A stretch of DNA of 63,084 bases, filler included, from Octopus bimaculoides (GCF_001194135.2; 4 parts of 4 records of this genome joined end to end with filler, not necessarily neighbours in it), one strand, 5' to 3'. Counted from the whole stretch's first letter, positions 12,863 through 24,958 are shown. Made by a program: numbers and translations. Notes: a model not told the origin generated them from the letters alone.

Positions 12863-12938
12863 CTAGGTTACTGCCTGGAATCGAACTTGAAATCTTAAAG
12901 TTAGTAGCCCGCGCTCTTAACCACTACGCCATATGCCC
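12605..12938 (-). mobile_element. tRNA-headed SINE-like element (family D): pol III boxes, (AAT)n, and a tail with two hammerhead-like motifs
   Basis: Minus strand: gggcatatggcgtagtggttaagagcgcgggctactaac...aagttcgattccaggc (A box TGGCGTAGTGG, B box GTTCGATTCC), then (ATA)n, then gacac-CTGATGA-a-aactg..cagcc-GAAAA-GTT-gtgtt, then a second CTGATGA followed by a gcgacc/ggtcgc stem. Confidence 0.75.
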
Positions 12939-14393
12939 TGTATGGACCTGAGTAGAATGTATACCCATATATATGGTTCTACAAGATAGTAAGTCGATAT
13001 ATTTAAATGCTTCCCGCGATAGATATATTTCATTTCAATAGCTCCGAGGAAGATATAAGAAGCGGCATCGGTACTCAGATGTGAATATACTTCCTATGGC
13101 AGATACATAAGCTAATGAAAGTGTTAACGTAATAACGCCCGCTATTTTATCATTCATTAACTGATATTATTGTCTCTGACGCTTTATTCAAATGCATAGT
13201 ATAATGAATACGAATAACCGTTTATTAGTATCACTATGCCTACAAAATCATTGCATATACGCATACACATACGTATGTATATATGTATGTATGTCTGAGT
13301 ATGTGCGTGTGTGCATGTAGTGGAAACACCAGTATAAATACTTCTCACGTTTTATCATTGCAGTTAGTTGGAACCCGGCATCGATCTAATATCTGAGATA
13401 TTATACCTCTGTAACAAAATAGAGCCAAACATTTCCTTGATAGTCCATTGCAATTAGGTGCCCAAATGCTCTTGGAACATCTAATGACGAGTTCAGAATT
13501 AATGCGATGGCGAGATGTACGTAGGAACTAAATATCTATAGACTGGCATATATATTAATTTTCCACTAAACATATACATACGTAAGCACACATGAACACG
13601 CACATGTACTTCAACATACACACACATTAATAGCATTTCAGTTTCCATCACCAAATTTCACCCACAAAGCCTTGATCACGTCCACAACGTACGGAATGGT
13701 AACGGAAATAATTTCTCAGCTTCATATAAAAATCTGTGTATATGTATTGTTCTCCTATGTCCGTCCTACTGTCATATTGACCAGGAGTCGTCGTTTCGTT
13801 CTATATATGTATATATAAAGTAAAGACTTGTGATATTCTGTGTCGATCCACTTAGCTATTACTCTTCATATTAAACAAGTGTCTTTCTGCTTATATCATT
13901 AATTCATGTTCCTGGTTTCTGTTCTCTCATTAAAAGCTATCACATGTCTTGGAAGCTACTAATAACTTTAGGAAATCTCAATTCAGTTAGGATTTTGTAA
14001 CAGCCACGACAGTAAAACCTCCATGTGCTTCATACCAAATAAACAAATGGAAAGCGATATTAAGGCATAAATGCAATTTTCTCATGTACAGTTCACCTAA
14101 ACAAATGTATGGATCAGGCAGTTTCCCCTTTGATTTCTGGCAATACTTGTCAACTATTACGTTAGTTACATACATATTTCATAACGCCACGTTCTCATTT
14201 CCGATATTTAGGGTGGTTATCTCTCAGATCTTTACTGACCTCCATTGATCTATGTATCTCAAACAAATAATATACATATCTACACAGGAGATGCACTTGG
14301 AGTCTGTATTTAAGAAATTATTACCTAAAAAGATTATCATTATAACATCACGTCCACTTCATAATTCTCACGTTAATATTTCTAGAGAAAATA

Positions 14394-14602
14394 AGCCGGT
14401 GAGCTGGCAGAATCGTGAGCGCGCCGAGCAAAATGCTTAGTGGCATTACGTCCGTCTTTAAACTCTGAATTCTAGATTCCGCCGAGTTCGAATTTACCTT
14501 TATTCTTTCGGGTTCGATGAAATAAGTACTATTCGAACAGGGGTAATCTAATCGACTTAAACCCAACAACGAAATTACTTACCTTGTGCCAAAATTTGAA
14601 GC
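14394..14602 (+). mobile_element. SINE family A
   Basis: gagctggcagaatcg...aaatgcttagtggcatt...ctttattctttcgggttcgatgaaataagtac. Confidence 0.85.
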
Positions 14603-15081
14603 AAAAATTTCTAGGGAAAAATTTCTGAAAATCTCTGCCAATCATCGCCATATATTTTTCTTCTCCAATGTCACGTTGTCTTTTTTATCTCATAGTTTAA
14701 ACAAGAAACCACTTATTATCTATGCTTATAAATGAGGGTTGTGATGACACAATCTTAAACTCGTTGGACAAAATAAAAACAAATTGTATTTCTAAGGGCT
14801 CTTCTCGTACTTACTTCAAACACAGCCGAAATCAGCTTTGCCTTTCATCATTTCATGGTTATAAAATAAAATAATGTAGCAGTCAACTGCTGGTCTTATT
14901 GTAATCGATTTGGCTCGACACGCTGAGGTTGCTGGCTTTGAATGCAAATTAGTAAGCATCGTTTATGTTTCATATGCGTGGCAAGCTGGCAGAAAAGTTA
15001 GACTGAGGGAAAAATTTAGACAGAGAAACATATACGTATATTTATGTGTATACATATATATACAACAGTATATATATATAT

Positions 15082-15357
15082 ATATATTATTTAAAAAGTT
15101 CCAACACTGTCTGTTTTTTATGTTTTATTTATATTCTTATAAAATTAATGTGGGATATAGAATATGGAATATATAATATAAATAGTAAAATGAAATGAAG
15201 TATCGAATGCCTTTTCAAATATTCAATAAGACATTCAATACTTTATTTCATTTTACTATTTATATTATATATTCCATATTCTGTATCCCACATTAATTTT
15301 ATAAGAATATAAATAAAACATAAAAAAACAGACTTGGAACTCTTTTAAATAATATAT
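15082..15357. repeat. Long near-perfect inverted repeat (fold-back/MITE-like), ~130-bp arms, 14-bp spacer
   Basis: The inner ~100 bp of the arms differ at 4 positions; the ORF track shows the same FFMFYLYSYKINVGYRIWNI on both strands; TA-rich flanks. Confidence 0.95.
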
Positions 15358-16378
15358 TCTTCTATACATTATCATACAAACCCCTTTATATATATATATA
15401 TATGTATGTATGTATACACGTGAGTGTGTGTGTCTGTGCATATGTGTGTGTGCATATGCAATATATTTATATATAATATAGCGTGCAAAACACACACGCT
15501 CATAATATAAACACATACATACATACATACATACATACATACGTATGTAAATATTTCTTCCTTCTTATCTTTGGACTTTGCTATTTTTCTGTTTCCGAAG
15601 AAGAACTATGCTAGAAACATAAAACAAATACTCTTATCCTTCTCCGAGCGTCTTATTACTACTTTGCTTGTGCTACGTCCTAACGTTTGGTTGTTTTTTC
15701 CTTTCACCTGTTTTTTTTTGTGTTTTATTTTTTTTTAGAAGTAATTGTGTGCGTATGTATGTATAGACGTGCGTGTCTGTACAGTTGGAAGGTTGTTCAC
15801 TACGAGAATAGAAACTCCGTGTAACTGCTGCTAAATTTTGCTCGAGCCAATGATATAGACGAATTCCTCTTTCGGGGTAAAGTCATGGGTTTTTCTTTCA
15901 GAGTGTGGTTGGTTCTGTGTGTGTGATTATTATTGTATGTATGAGTATGGCTACGTGTATGGGTACGTGCATGTGCCTTTATGGGTGTATGTGGATTTAT
16001 GGGTCTTTGTGTGTATCTATGTACACAAGTGTATATATGCACAGAGGTATCTGTTTTCATCCTGCAACTTTTCATTACTCTAGTTTATCAATATAAAGAC
16101 TCTTGCCAACTGTTTAGAAAGAACGTTAATTTTATTTATAATCATTTACGACATGAGACCCCAAGTTTTTTAGAACTTCGACCTCTACATGGAACCCTTT
16201 AACCTTCATCGACCCTCATGCATGTACAAGAAAATAAAGGAATAATAATTATTATTATGTATATGTGCCTTTATTGACCCCTTGAATAGTCCCAGGGGTC
16301 GATATCGACTGCTTTGGAGACCCCTGCTTTACGAGGTCAAACAGGTCCATGCATGTTTTTCTCATTCCCTCGCTACAG

Positions 16379-16419
<41 letters not shown>

Positions 16420-17131
16420 CTTACCTCCACATACTTCTCCATATACTTTCTTCCACTCTTCAGTCCTTTAAACGAGTTCTTTATTATTATAAACTTGATA
16501 CTAATTTAAACTTTCACTCTCTGACCGAATTTGGTGGGGGACTGTCGAATCATCTGGCGCTAAGTCCGTTCTGTTTTGAGAAATTCTAATTGTTAATTGT
16601 TACCTGTATACACTTGATGTAAACAGTCTTTTGTTTTGCTTGTTGAAACTGCTATAGTGAACCACAATCCATCTGTTTTTATTCTTTACCTAAGACGGAA
16701 CCTTCATTTCGTTTGGATCTGGAGCCTGTAGAAGTCGGTGCAACAGGTACAATGAGTGTATTTATGTACGACTTTGATGAAATGATGTGCATTCAATCAG
16801 CCATTTGTGAATGTATGCATAACTGGAGTGGAAAATCCATATTTACCTTAATGAATACGTATTTGTCGTTATACTTTGTTAGTACACAGACGTGCTATCT
16901 TTGTGCTTTCACTATTTAGATACCTTTTCCTCTGGAAATTACATACACACACATACACACGCACGCAGGAACACATGTACATGACAAGTTTTTTTCAGTT
17001 TTAATCTACTAATGCTACTCACACAGTTTTATGTGTCGGCTCAGCTCTATAGTGGAAGGAACTTGGAGACGATGCTCCAAAATAGTAATGGCAACGATGT
17101 CTCTTACCTACTAATTCAAGCGTTTGTATAA

Positions 17132-17177
<46 letters not shown>

Positions 17178-17831
17178 AATATATTTCGATCAACACTATT
17201 ACACTCCATTCAGTTAATCGGTGACTGGAAGCTTCCTGGAAGAAAAAAAATGGATGAACATTTCTTTAATGGATCTTCTGACATTTTACGAAGCCGAAAT
17301 CAAGAGGAAATTTTCATTTCTTTGATAATTCCCTCTTCACTATTGCTGTTTTAAATATTTTCATATTTCATAGAAATCTGTAGCATGGAAACAGCAGTGA
17401 GGAATAAGGAATGAAATATATAACAGCACGGAAATTCTGACCACAGAGAAAAAACGTAATTAACCAAGGCGATCTCCATATCAAACTAATCATTGTGGAA
17501 TCTATATATTACGCCGGTGGAACAATTTGAAAGTTCAAGTAATCTTCATACATCAGATCTCGTCAATCTTGCTAGATTTCTCGATGGTTCTAATTAGATA
17601 TAACGTTTCCATATTATGATTACCTAAGTTGTATCTTCTGGATGGCTGCCAATTACTTTATTCTAATTCCATTCGACAACTTGAAAAATGTATTAGATTT
17701 TCAACTTTAAATTGACTTTTGTTGCAATACATTGTTGGACGAAGTCGTATACACGAGAGGGATAATAAGGCTTTTGATTTTTATCACAGGAATTATTCAC
17801 TATCGATTTGTAACTAATTAAAAATATGTAT

Positions 17832-17868
<37 letters not shown>

Positions 17869-18268
17869 CTGTATATATATNNNNNNNNNNNNNNNNNNNN
17901 NNNNNNNNNNNNNNNNNNNNNNNNNNNNNNNNNNNNNNNNNNNNNNNNNNNNNNNNNNNNNNNNNNNNNNNNNNNNNNNNNNNNNNNNNNNNNNNNNNNN
18001 NNNNNNNNNNNNNNNNNNNNNNNNNNNNNNNNNNNNNNNNNNNNNNNNNNNNNNNNNNNNNNNNNNNNNNNNNNNNNNNNNNNNNNNNNNNNNNNNNNNN
18101 NNNNNNNNNNNNNNNNNNNNNNNNNNNNNNNNNNNNNNNNNNNNNNNNNNNNNNNNNNNNNNNNNNNNNNNNNNNNNNNNNNNNNNNNNNNNNNNNNNNN
18201 NNNNNNNNNNNNNNNNNNNNNNNNNNNNNNNNNNNNNNNNNNNNNNNNNNNNNNNNNNNNNNNNNNNN

Positions 18269-18307
<39 letters not shown>

Positions 18308-18339
18308 CACGCACAAATACATACACATATGCATAGACT

Positions 18340-19100
18340 TTCTTATGCACTTTTATTAGTTCCAGCTCGTCCAGGCCATTGCTACTGTTACTGCAGGACC
18401 TTGTTCTGTGTGAAGAAAGCTTTTGAAGAGTCTGGCTACTCTTGAGTTGAGTCTCTTCTCCACCAAATGATGCATATAGCGTCACGGATAATAATTTTTG
18501 GGCGCGGGTATGGAATACATCTATATCCGATCGAATGAGATTGCTAGCGTTCTTTGGAAGCATACTGAAAATGGTTGTACGTTTGAACCATAAGCTGTTG
18601 CGCTTTATGGTCCTTATTTTCGGGAATATGTATGGGGTCATAAATAGGACCTTGCAGTAAACATTTCGGTGAGTAGTATACAAAGGAGTGCTAAACACTG
18701 AAGGAGATTGCAATAAATGTATGAATCTGAGAGTGGAATATGATGAATAAATTCATAATTAACTGGTCTTCCTGGGAACTTTTTTGCTCCCTTTTGCAGC
18801 TGTCAATACCAAAAGTTCTTTGAAAGCCCTCCAAGGAGCTCGTTTTATTCACCAGGAAGTAGATCTTTACACTTTTAGCATTTCCCTGTAACTTTTATGT
18901 TCACTTAGACAACGAAGCACTCGGAACATCGTCAGATTGATTTTAGATCCGCTACTAGTTTACCTATATTTAGCAACCATAAGTGTGATTAGTATCCCGG
19001 TAGCTGAGCAGAAATGATCTCCACACAAGCTGAATTGCTTCCTGCTCACTCGTACGAAATACGTTCACAGCCCATTATTCAAGCTTATCGTTGCTCTCTG
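18340..19100 (-). pseudogene. Decayed coding-like remnant, unassigned (possibly a DNA transposon)
   Basis: Protein-like segments broken by stops and frameshifts: LCGDHF (THAP-like), KCKDLLPGE*NELLGGLSKNFWY*QLQKGAKKFPGRPVNYEFIHHIPLSDSYIYC, YYSPKCLLQGPIYDPIHIPENK. Confidence 0.3.
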
Positions 19101-19176
19101 TTAATGTAGACATGAAAAGATGAATTATTCTTAAATCTTCGTCCAACATATTTCCCTGTCAGATTCCCACACTTAT

Positions 19177-19600
19177 GCACAAGAGTGGCTGTGTGGTAAG
19201 AAGCTTGCTTCCCCACCAAATGGCTCCATGTTCATTCCCACCGTGTGCCAGCTTGGAAAAGTTTTTTGTGCCGTAGATTCGGGCCAACCAAAGCCTTGCG
19301 AGTGAATTTGATAGACGGAAACTGAAAGAAGCCCGTCGTATATGGGTGTTCGCATGTACATGCATGTGTGTATCTGTCTGTGTGCGTGCGCGCGTGTGTG
19401 TGTGTTTTTGTTTCTGTATCTGTCCCCACCTTTCAGCACTTGACAATCGGTGTTTGTGTGTTTACATCTCCATAACCTAACGGTTCGGCAAACCAGACCG
19501 ATAAAATAAGTACTAGGCTTAAAAAGTAAGTCCGCTAAAGCGGTGCTCAAGCATGGCCGCAGCTAAATAACTGAAACATGTTTAAGAATGAACGAATAAA
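19177..19600 (+). mobile_element. SINE family B, full-length diverged
   Basis: gagtggctgtgtggtaagaagcttgc...ccaaagccttgcgagtgaatttgatagacggaaactgaaagaagcccgtcgta...gcggtgctcaagcatggccgcag. Confidence 0.85.
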
Positions 19601-20068
19601 AGAAAGACCACATAGCAACACCGGTCTTAAAGTTGCAATTATTCCAGCAACATGGTATCCTGGTTGTGGCATGTTTGGCATGTTTGGCTGTTGATAAAAA
19701 AGAGCGTGAAAATTTCGAGCGCTAAATTGAGTGTTATTGTCGCCAGTTCACGCGTGAATTGCATGAAGGCTCTACTATAGATTTGCAGCATCAGCCGGGA
19801 TCTTCGTTTCCTGTAATATGTTTGTATCATCAGAATTGATATTGCGGGTGTCTGAATAATTGTTGCGCCTATGTTTAATAGAAACAATACATGCAACAAC
19901 AGTCCTGATAGAAATGATGTACATATAATATTTATAGACGGAAACTGCGTGTGTGTGCGTCTGTGAGCGTGTGTTTGTGTGTAAGTGTGTGTGTGTTTGT
20001 GTATGTTTGTGTGTTTGCGTGTGTGCGTGCATGTATATACATATATAAACATAAATATATATATATAA

Positions 20069-20124
<56 letters not shown>

Positions 20125-20224
20125 NNNNNNNNNNNNNNNNNNNNNNNNNNNNNNNNNNNNNNNNNNNNTTAATTAATTAANNNNNNNNNNNNNNNNNNNN
20201 NNNNNNNNNNNNNNNNNNNNNNNN

Positions 20225-20265
<41 letters not shown>

Positions 20266-20917
20266 GTATGCATATACATGATACAATATTACATAATATT
20301 ATTCCAGTCTCCTGTATTGGTCGAAGTTGTTGCCGCTTCGTTTACCTAAATTCGTCGGCTCAGAAAACATTTCATTGATCCTTACTCGAAGAATATATTA
20401 ACATTGTTTCCTGTTCTGTTCTATTTCATGATTTTTTTTCTCCCACCTATTAGGGTACAACTCGAAGTTTCCCCTAATGAAATTCAGAGGTCATCAGTAA
20501 GTGCATTATCATGCAAACTCCACATGATCATATCTACTTGCATGCCAGCTCACTTCTTTAAAGCCTTCCCTAATATTAGTGTAGTCCAATGGTCAAGGGA
20601 TCAAATTTCAATATCTGTTTCCCTCTATACAACAGAATCAGTTTGTGAGCAGATCTGGTGTGCATCAGTTATGAGTGTTCTCATGCTTCAGAATCTTATA
20701 AACCAGGCATACTCTTACATATATAAGAGAACAAATCATAACACTTATTGGTTAGAGTTGTCTTTAATTGTTCCTTAAAACGAATACAGACGCCTCATTC
20801 AGTTTATTGAAAGACGCCTTGCATCATCGGTTTCGTGGTCTTTTCTTTTAAGTAATTGAACAGGAATACAGGTGTTAAGTTTTGTAACATGCTTCTCGCA
20901 ATATTTTTTTCGCTCTA

Positions 20918-21135
20918 AGGCGGCGAGCTGGCCGAAACGGTAGCACACCGGGTAAAATGCATAGCAGTATTTTGTCTCTCTCTATGCTCTGAGTTCAAAT
21001 TCCGACGAGGTAAACTTTGCCTTTCATCCTTTCGGGGTCGATAAATTAAGTACCAGTTGCGTACTGGTGTCGATCTAATCGACTGGCCCACCTCCCCTTA
21101 AATTTTGGGCCGTATGCCTAGAGTAGAAAATAATA
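20918..21135 (+). mobile_element. SINE family A, full-length
   Basis: aggcggcgagctggccgaaacggtagcacaccggg...gagttcaaattccg...ctttgcctttcatcctttcggggtcgataaattaagtaccagttgcg. Confidence 0.9.
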
Positions 21136-21319
21136 TTTTGTTATTTCTGGAAGCTGATCTATGTTCACACTTCCCTCTGGCTAGCAATATTAGTAAAGCT
21201 GTAGATGTTGCTATTTACATTGTTTGTAGCATCACCATTTCCCCATTTGTGTTTAATATAATGTAACAGCCTGATGCTTTGAACAGTGCTTGCCTGTATA
21301 AATTATACTTTACTAAACA

Positions 21320-21560
21320 TTATTGAGTGAGGTGACGTTTCCATTGCCGCCGGGCTTGTTGCATGGCGGCTAGCACGTCTTCTCGCCTTCCAAAACCAGT
21401 TAATGTTAAATCGCTAGTAAAAGTATCGCACATTTCCGAAGAACTAAGATTTCTCTTCATCTCTGTATAATGTGATGGAAGATTAAACATTGAAAATACA
21501 TCTCTTGGTGAAACCAGACAGAAAATGCTATCAAAGTAATCGCGGTAAATGCAATTTTGT
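21320..21560 (-). CDS. Candidate terminal coding exon (79 aa plus stop), unknown product
   Basis: acaaacctttag|A acceptor; open frame QNCIYRDYFDSIFCLVSPRD...KRNLSSSEMCDTFTSDLTLTGFGRREDVLAAMQQARRQWKRHLTQ*; no homolog recognised. Confidence 0.3.
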
Positions 21561-22244
21561 CTAAAGGTTTGTAATAGGTGTCCGGTCATTGCACACAATA
21601 ATTTAACAAAATGTTAATAATAATAATAACTGTAGCATTAGTAATAGTAAATGCAGACGTCGTTTTAGAAGTAGCAGTAGCAGTGGTAATACTAAGTATT
21701 TTCTAAAACAATGCAACGTATTAAGTCTGTATATTATCCATTAGCGACAACAAAATATTCTTGGAAATAAATTAGGATAGCACGGCTGTTTTGCAGGCAT
21801 CTTCGCCTTCTGGTTTCATCTGAGTTTAAAAAAAGAATCATATTCGTACTCACATGACACTTCACTCGTCTGAGAATGTAACATAACAAAAACACCATGA
21901 AAATTTGGCATAGAAATCAATCATCAACTAGCATATAATAAACACATCATATCATACGACAAAAATAACAATAGTGCACTAATTATTGATATGGCAATAC
22001 TAAATTACTATAATGTTGTGAAGAAGAAAACTAAAAGCAAAGAAAATACAACGCTTCAGCCGTTCAATTAAATCTACTGCCATAGTTATGAAATGTGCAT
22101 GTCAGTTTAAATAGGAACGATTAAATGGGTACAAAGGCAAGGTTAAGATGTGGTGGTCTACAATGTGGAACTCTTTTTGCCAATTGTTTTAGGTATGGCA
22201 TCTAGCTTCGAGAAGCATATGCAGTTTGAATTATGCAAAATAAA

Positions 22245-22434
22245 TACGAAGGGACGCTGAAAAATTCCTGGATTTCAGGAAATATAAGTACAGGAAGATC
22301 AATTAATTATGATTTTTTTCAACATATTCCCCCCTCAGAGTCACACACTTATTGCAGCAGTCCTTCAGTTTTTTAAGTCTTGTAAATGAACTCGGGAGGT
22401 TGGGCCTCCAGCCAGACTTTTCGAAAGACCCTTA
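22245..22434 (+). mobile_element. Mariner-derived non-autonomous fragment/MITE
   Basis: Left end ta-cgaagggacgctgaaaaattcctgg; degenerate complementary end ccagacttttcgaaagaccctt; mariner-like sub-terminal caacatattcccc...cacacttattgcagc. Confidence 0.45.
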
Positions 22435-22489
22435 ACACCAAGAGACTATTATTACCCCCTTTACACGTAGGTCGTATGAGTAAATAGAC

Positions 22490-22710
22490 AGGGCGGTGAG
22501 GTAGAAAAATCGTTAGTACGCTGGGTAAAATACTTAGCTAACTTTCGTTCGTCTTTACATTCTGAATTCAAATTCCGCCTAAGCCGACAAAGCATTCTAG
22601 TCTTTCCTGGGGGACAAAATTAGTACCAGTTGTTCGCTGGGGTCAATGTAATCGACGTACCCCATCACCGAACTTACTGGTGTAATGTAAAAAAAAAATT
22701 GAATCAATAT
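22490..22710 (+). mobile_element. SINE family A, diverged
   Basis: ggcggtgaggtagaaaaatcgttagtacgctgggtaaaatacttagc...gaattcaaattccgcc...agtaccagttg. Confidence 0.75.
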
Positions 22711-23439
22711 GAGTGAAAGGCAATATCATTAAATTGCTGAATAAAATATTTTGCATCATTTGTTCCTGTTTTCTTTTCGTTCCCAATAATGCGATCTAGT
22801 CCAATACAATAGATTTTATGGAAGTGTTGCAGCGTCAAGTAATACACCGTGCGGTATTTTGTATGCCATATTGTGTTCTGAATGTAACACCGGCTGCGAA
22901 GATGGTACCATGGGGTATCGGTTCTTAAACAACGGCCGTTCTCTTGGATAATATCAATAACCAGAAGAGTGGGCGAATGCCAGTCTCCTTCATAAAAACC
23001 TTCAATATAGCATCAGCTGTAGAGTTAGACACCTTCTAAAGATAGCCATGTTCTAGAAAGATAGCAATGTGTGAAACTATGAAAATTGATACGGCATATT
23101 AACAATTGTTTGTTTTTGTTTTCATTAACTTCAAACACTCTTAAATCCAAAGATATACTTAACATTTGGTTTTAGAAAGGAAGATCTTGCTGTGTTTTTC
23201 AATCGGTGAATAAGAGCATGAAAATGACAGCAGACAGTAGTATTTAGTTCGATGACTGAGTGACATAACGTCAAGTTGGAATAATATAAACAACAACATT
23301 GTAATTATTACCATTATCATTATCATCATCAACGACAATAATAATGGATTCAAATTTTGACAGAAGGCCATCAATTTCGGGAGAGAAGGAGAGTCGGTTA
23401 CCTTCATACCTGTATTCAATTCGTACTTAATTTATTGAT

Positions 23440-24175
23440 CTCAAAAGAATCAAAGGTAAAGTCGACCTCGGCGGAATTGCCACTAGAATTTTTGCTCTGC
23501 GAGCAAATGATTCTACCTGTTCGCCGCGTCAGTAATAATAATTATCAACTACAGATCAATGTGACGATCTGGCAGAATCGATTGTCAATCGGTAAAAACA
23601 AATAATGTTTTTAGCGGCATTCATACCCAATTTTTACGTTCTGAGTTCAAATCCCACCGATGTCAACTTTACTTTTCATAATTTCGGAGTGAAAGAAAGA
23701 AGGACCAGTCAAGTACCTGGGTTGATGTAATTAAGTAAATCAATTTCCTCAAAACTACTGACCTTCTGGTATCGTGACAAAATTAAACAAAATTTATTAT
23801 CAAAAGATCATCGGTGGAAAAATGCAGGTGAATACCAAATTATTAGTATCTCCCTCCGTTTTGCGATCAGATTAATTCATACCGGTGCTATTGATTAGGT
23901 CTTTTATCATTAAGGTTCGATGCAATAATTAATTGGTTTGATCACACAAACCAAGCACAATTAGAGTATTTGGCAGAATCGTTTGCGCATGTGTAAATCA
24001 CGGTATTTTATTCCGTTTCTTTACGAACTGAAAAAAAATGCACTAGAGGTTGACTTTGCCCTTCAACCTTGCGGACGATAAAACAAATTGTCAATCAAAT
24101 TCGAGGATCTATGGTATGGATTAACGCCCTCTTTACAAAACTTTTAGCGTTATGTCAAAATTAAAAACATTCTTG
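23440..24175. mobile_element. Cluster of three old SINE family A pieces (23440-23528 minus; 23560-23790 plus; 23985-24175 plus)
   Basis: Recurrent tggcagaatcg, gagttcaaat and gactttgcc motifs. Confidence 0.65.
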
Positions 24176-24260
24176 TCATAACGCAGAGAAATATAGGGTC
24201 AAAAAATTCAATGTACCCGAACGGTTAGTAGCTCATAAAAATATATATTTAGCAGAAAGG

Positions 24261-24311
<51 letters not shown>

Positions 24312-24334
24312 ATTATTACTATTATTATTATTAT

Positions 24335-24711
24335 ACAGTAGTTTTATTTTTATAACGTGGGTTCACTTGACTACCGAGCACAGCTCTGTGTGCTATGGGT
24401 ATGTGGTGTGACGTGCTGTGATGCTCTTATAGTTACTGTATTGAAAGTGTTTTGTGTAGGATGTGTGTAGTGCCCAATAGTACACATTTCTGTATGCTAT
24501 ATTTATATCTGTAAGTCCTGGTGTTTTTGTTATGTATTTGTCTGAATATCTTTCTATCATACCCAATGCGCCTACTATGATAGGAATTGTTTCTGTTTTT
24601 AGATTCTACATTCGAGTTACCTCTATTTCCAGGTCTTTGTATTTTGAAAGTTTCTTCATTTCTCTTTGAGAAACGTTATCATCTGTTGGTGTCGATACAT
24701 CAATTAGAAAG

Positions 24712-24712
<1 letters not shown>
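24335..24712 (-). mobile_element. 5'-truncated R4/Dong-like non-LTR retrotransposon (RLE domain C-terminus plus 3' UTR) inside (AAT)n
   Basis: Minus strand translates FLIDVSTPTDDNVSQREMKKLSKYKDLEIEVTRM*NLKTETIPIIVGALGMIERYSDKYITKTPGL; (ATT)n on both flanks; 3' UTR matches 32885-32984. Confidence 0.85.

Positions 24713-24958
<246 letters not shown>

Noticed and set aside
12860-12938. tRNA gene calls for the tRNA-like heads (also 32020-32092, 29860-29915)
   Set aside because: They have A/B boxes but no proper acceptor stem and continue into repeat bodies; SINE heads
20404-20778. 124-aa ORF with a vaguely Ig-like VSP...LSC...VQWSRD pattern
   Set aside because: TTG start, over-long C-to-W spacing, no second Ig cysteine motif; a strong internal donor at ~20497 gives only an uninformative 43-nt exon
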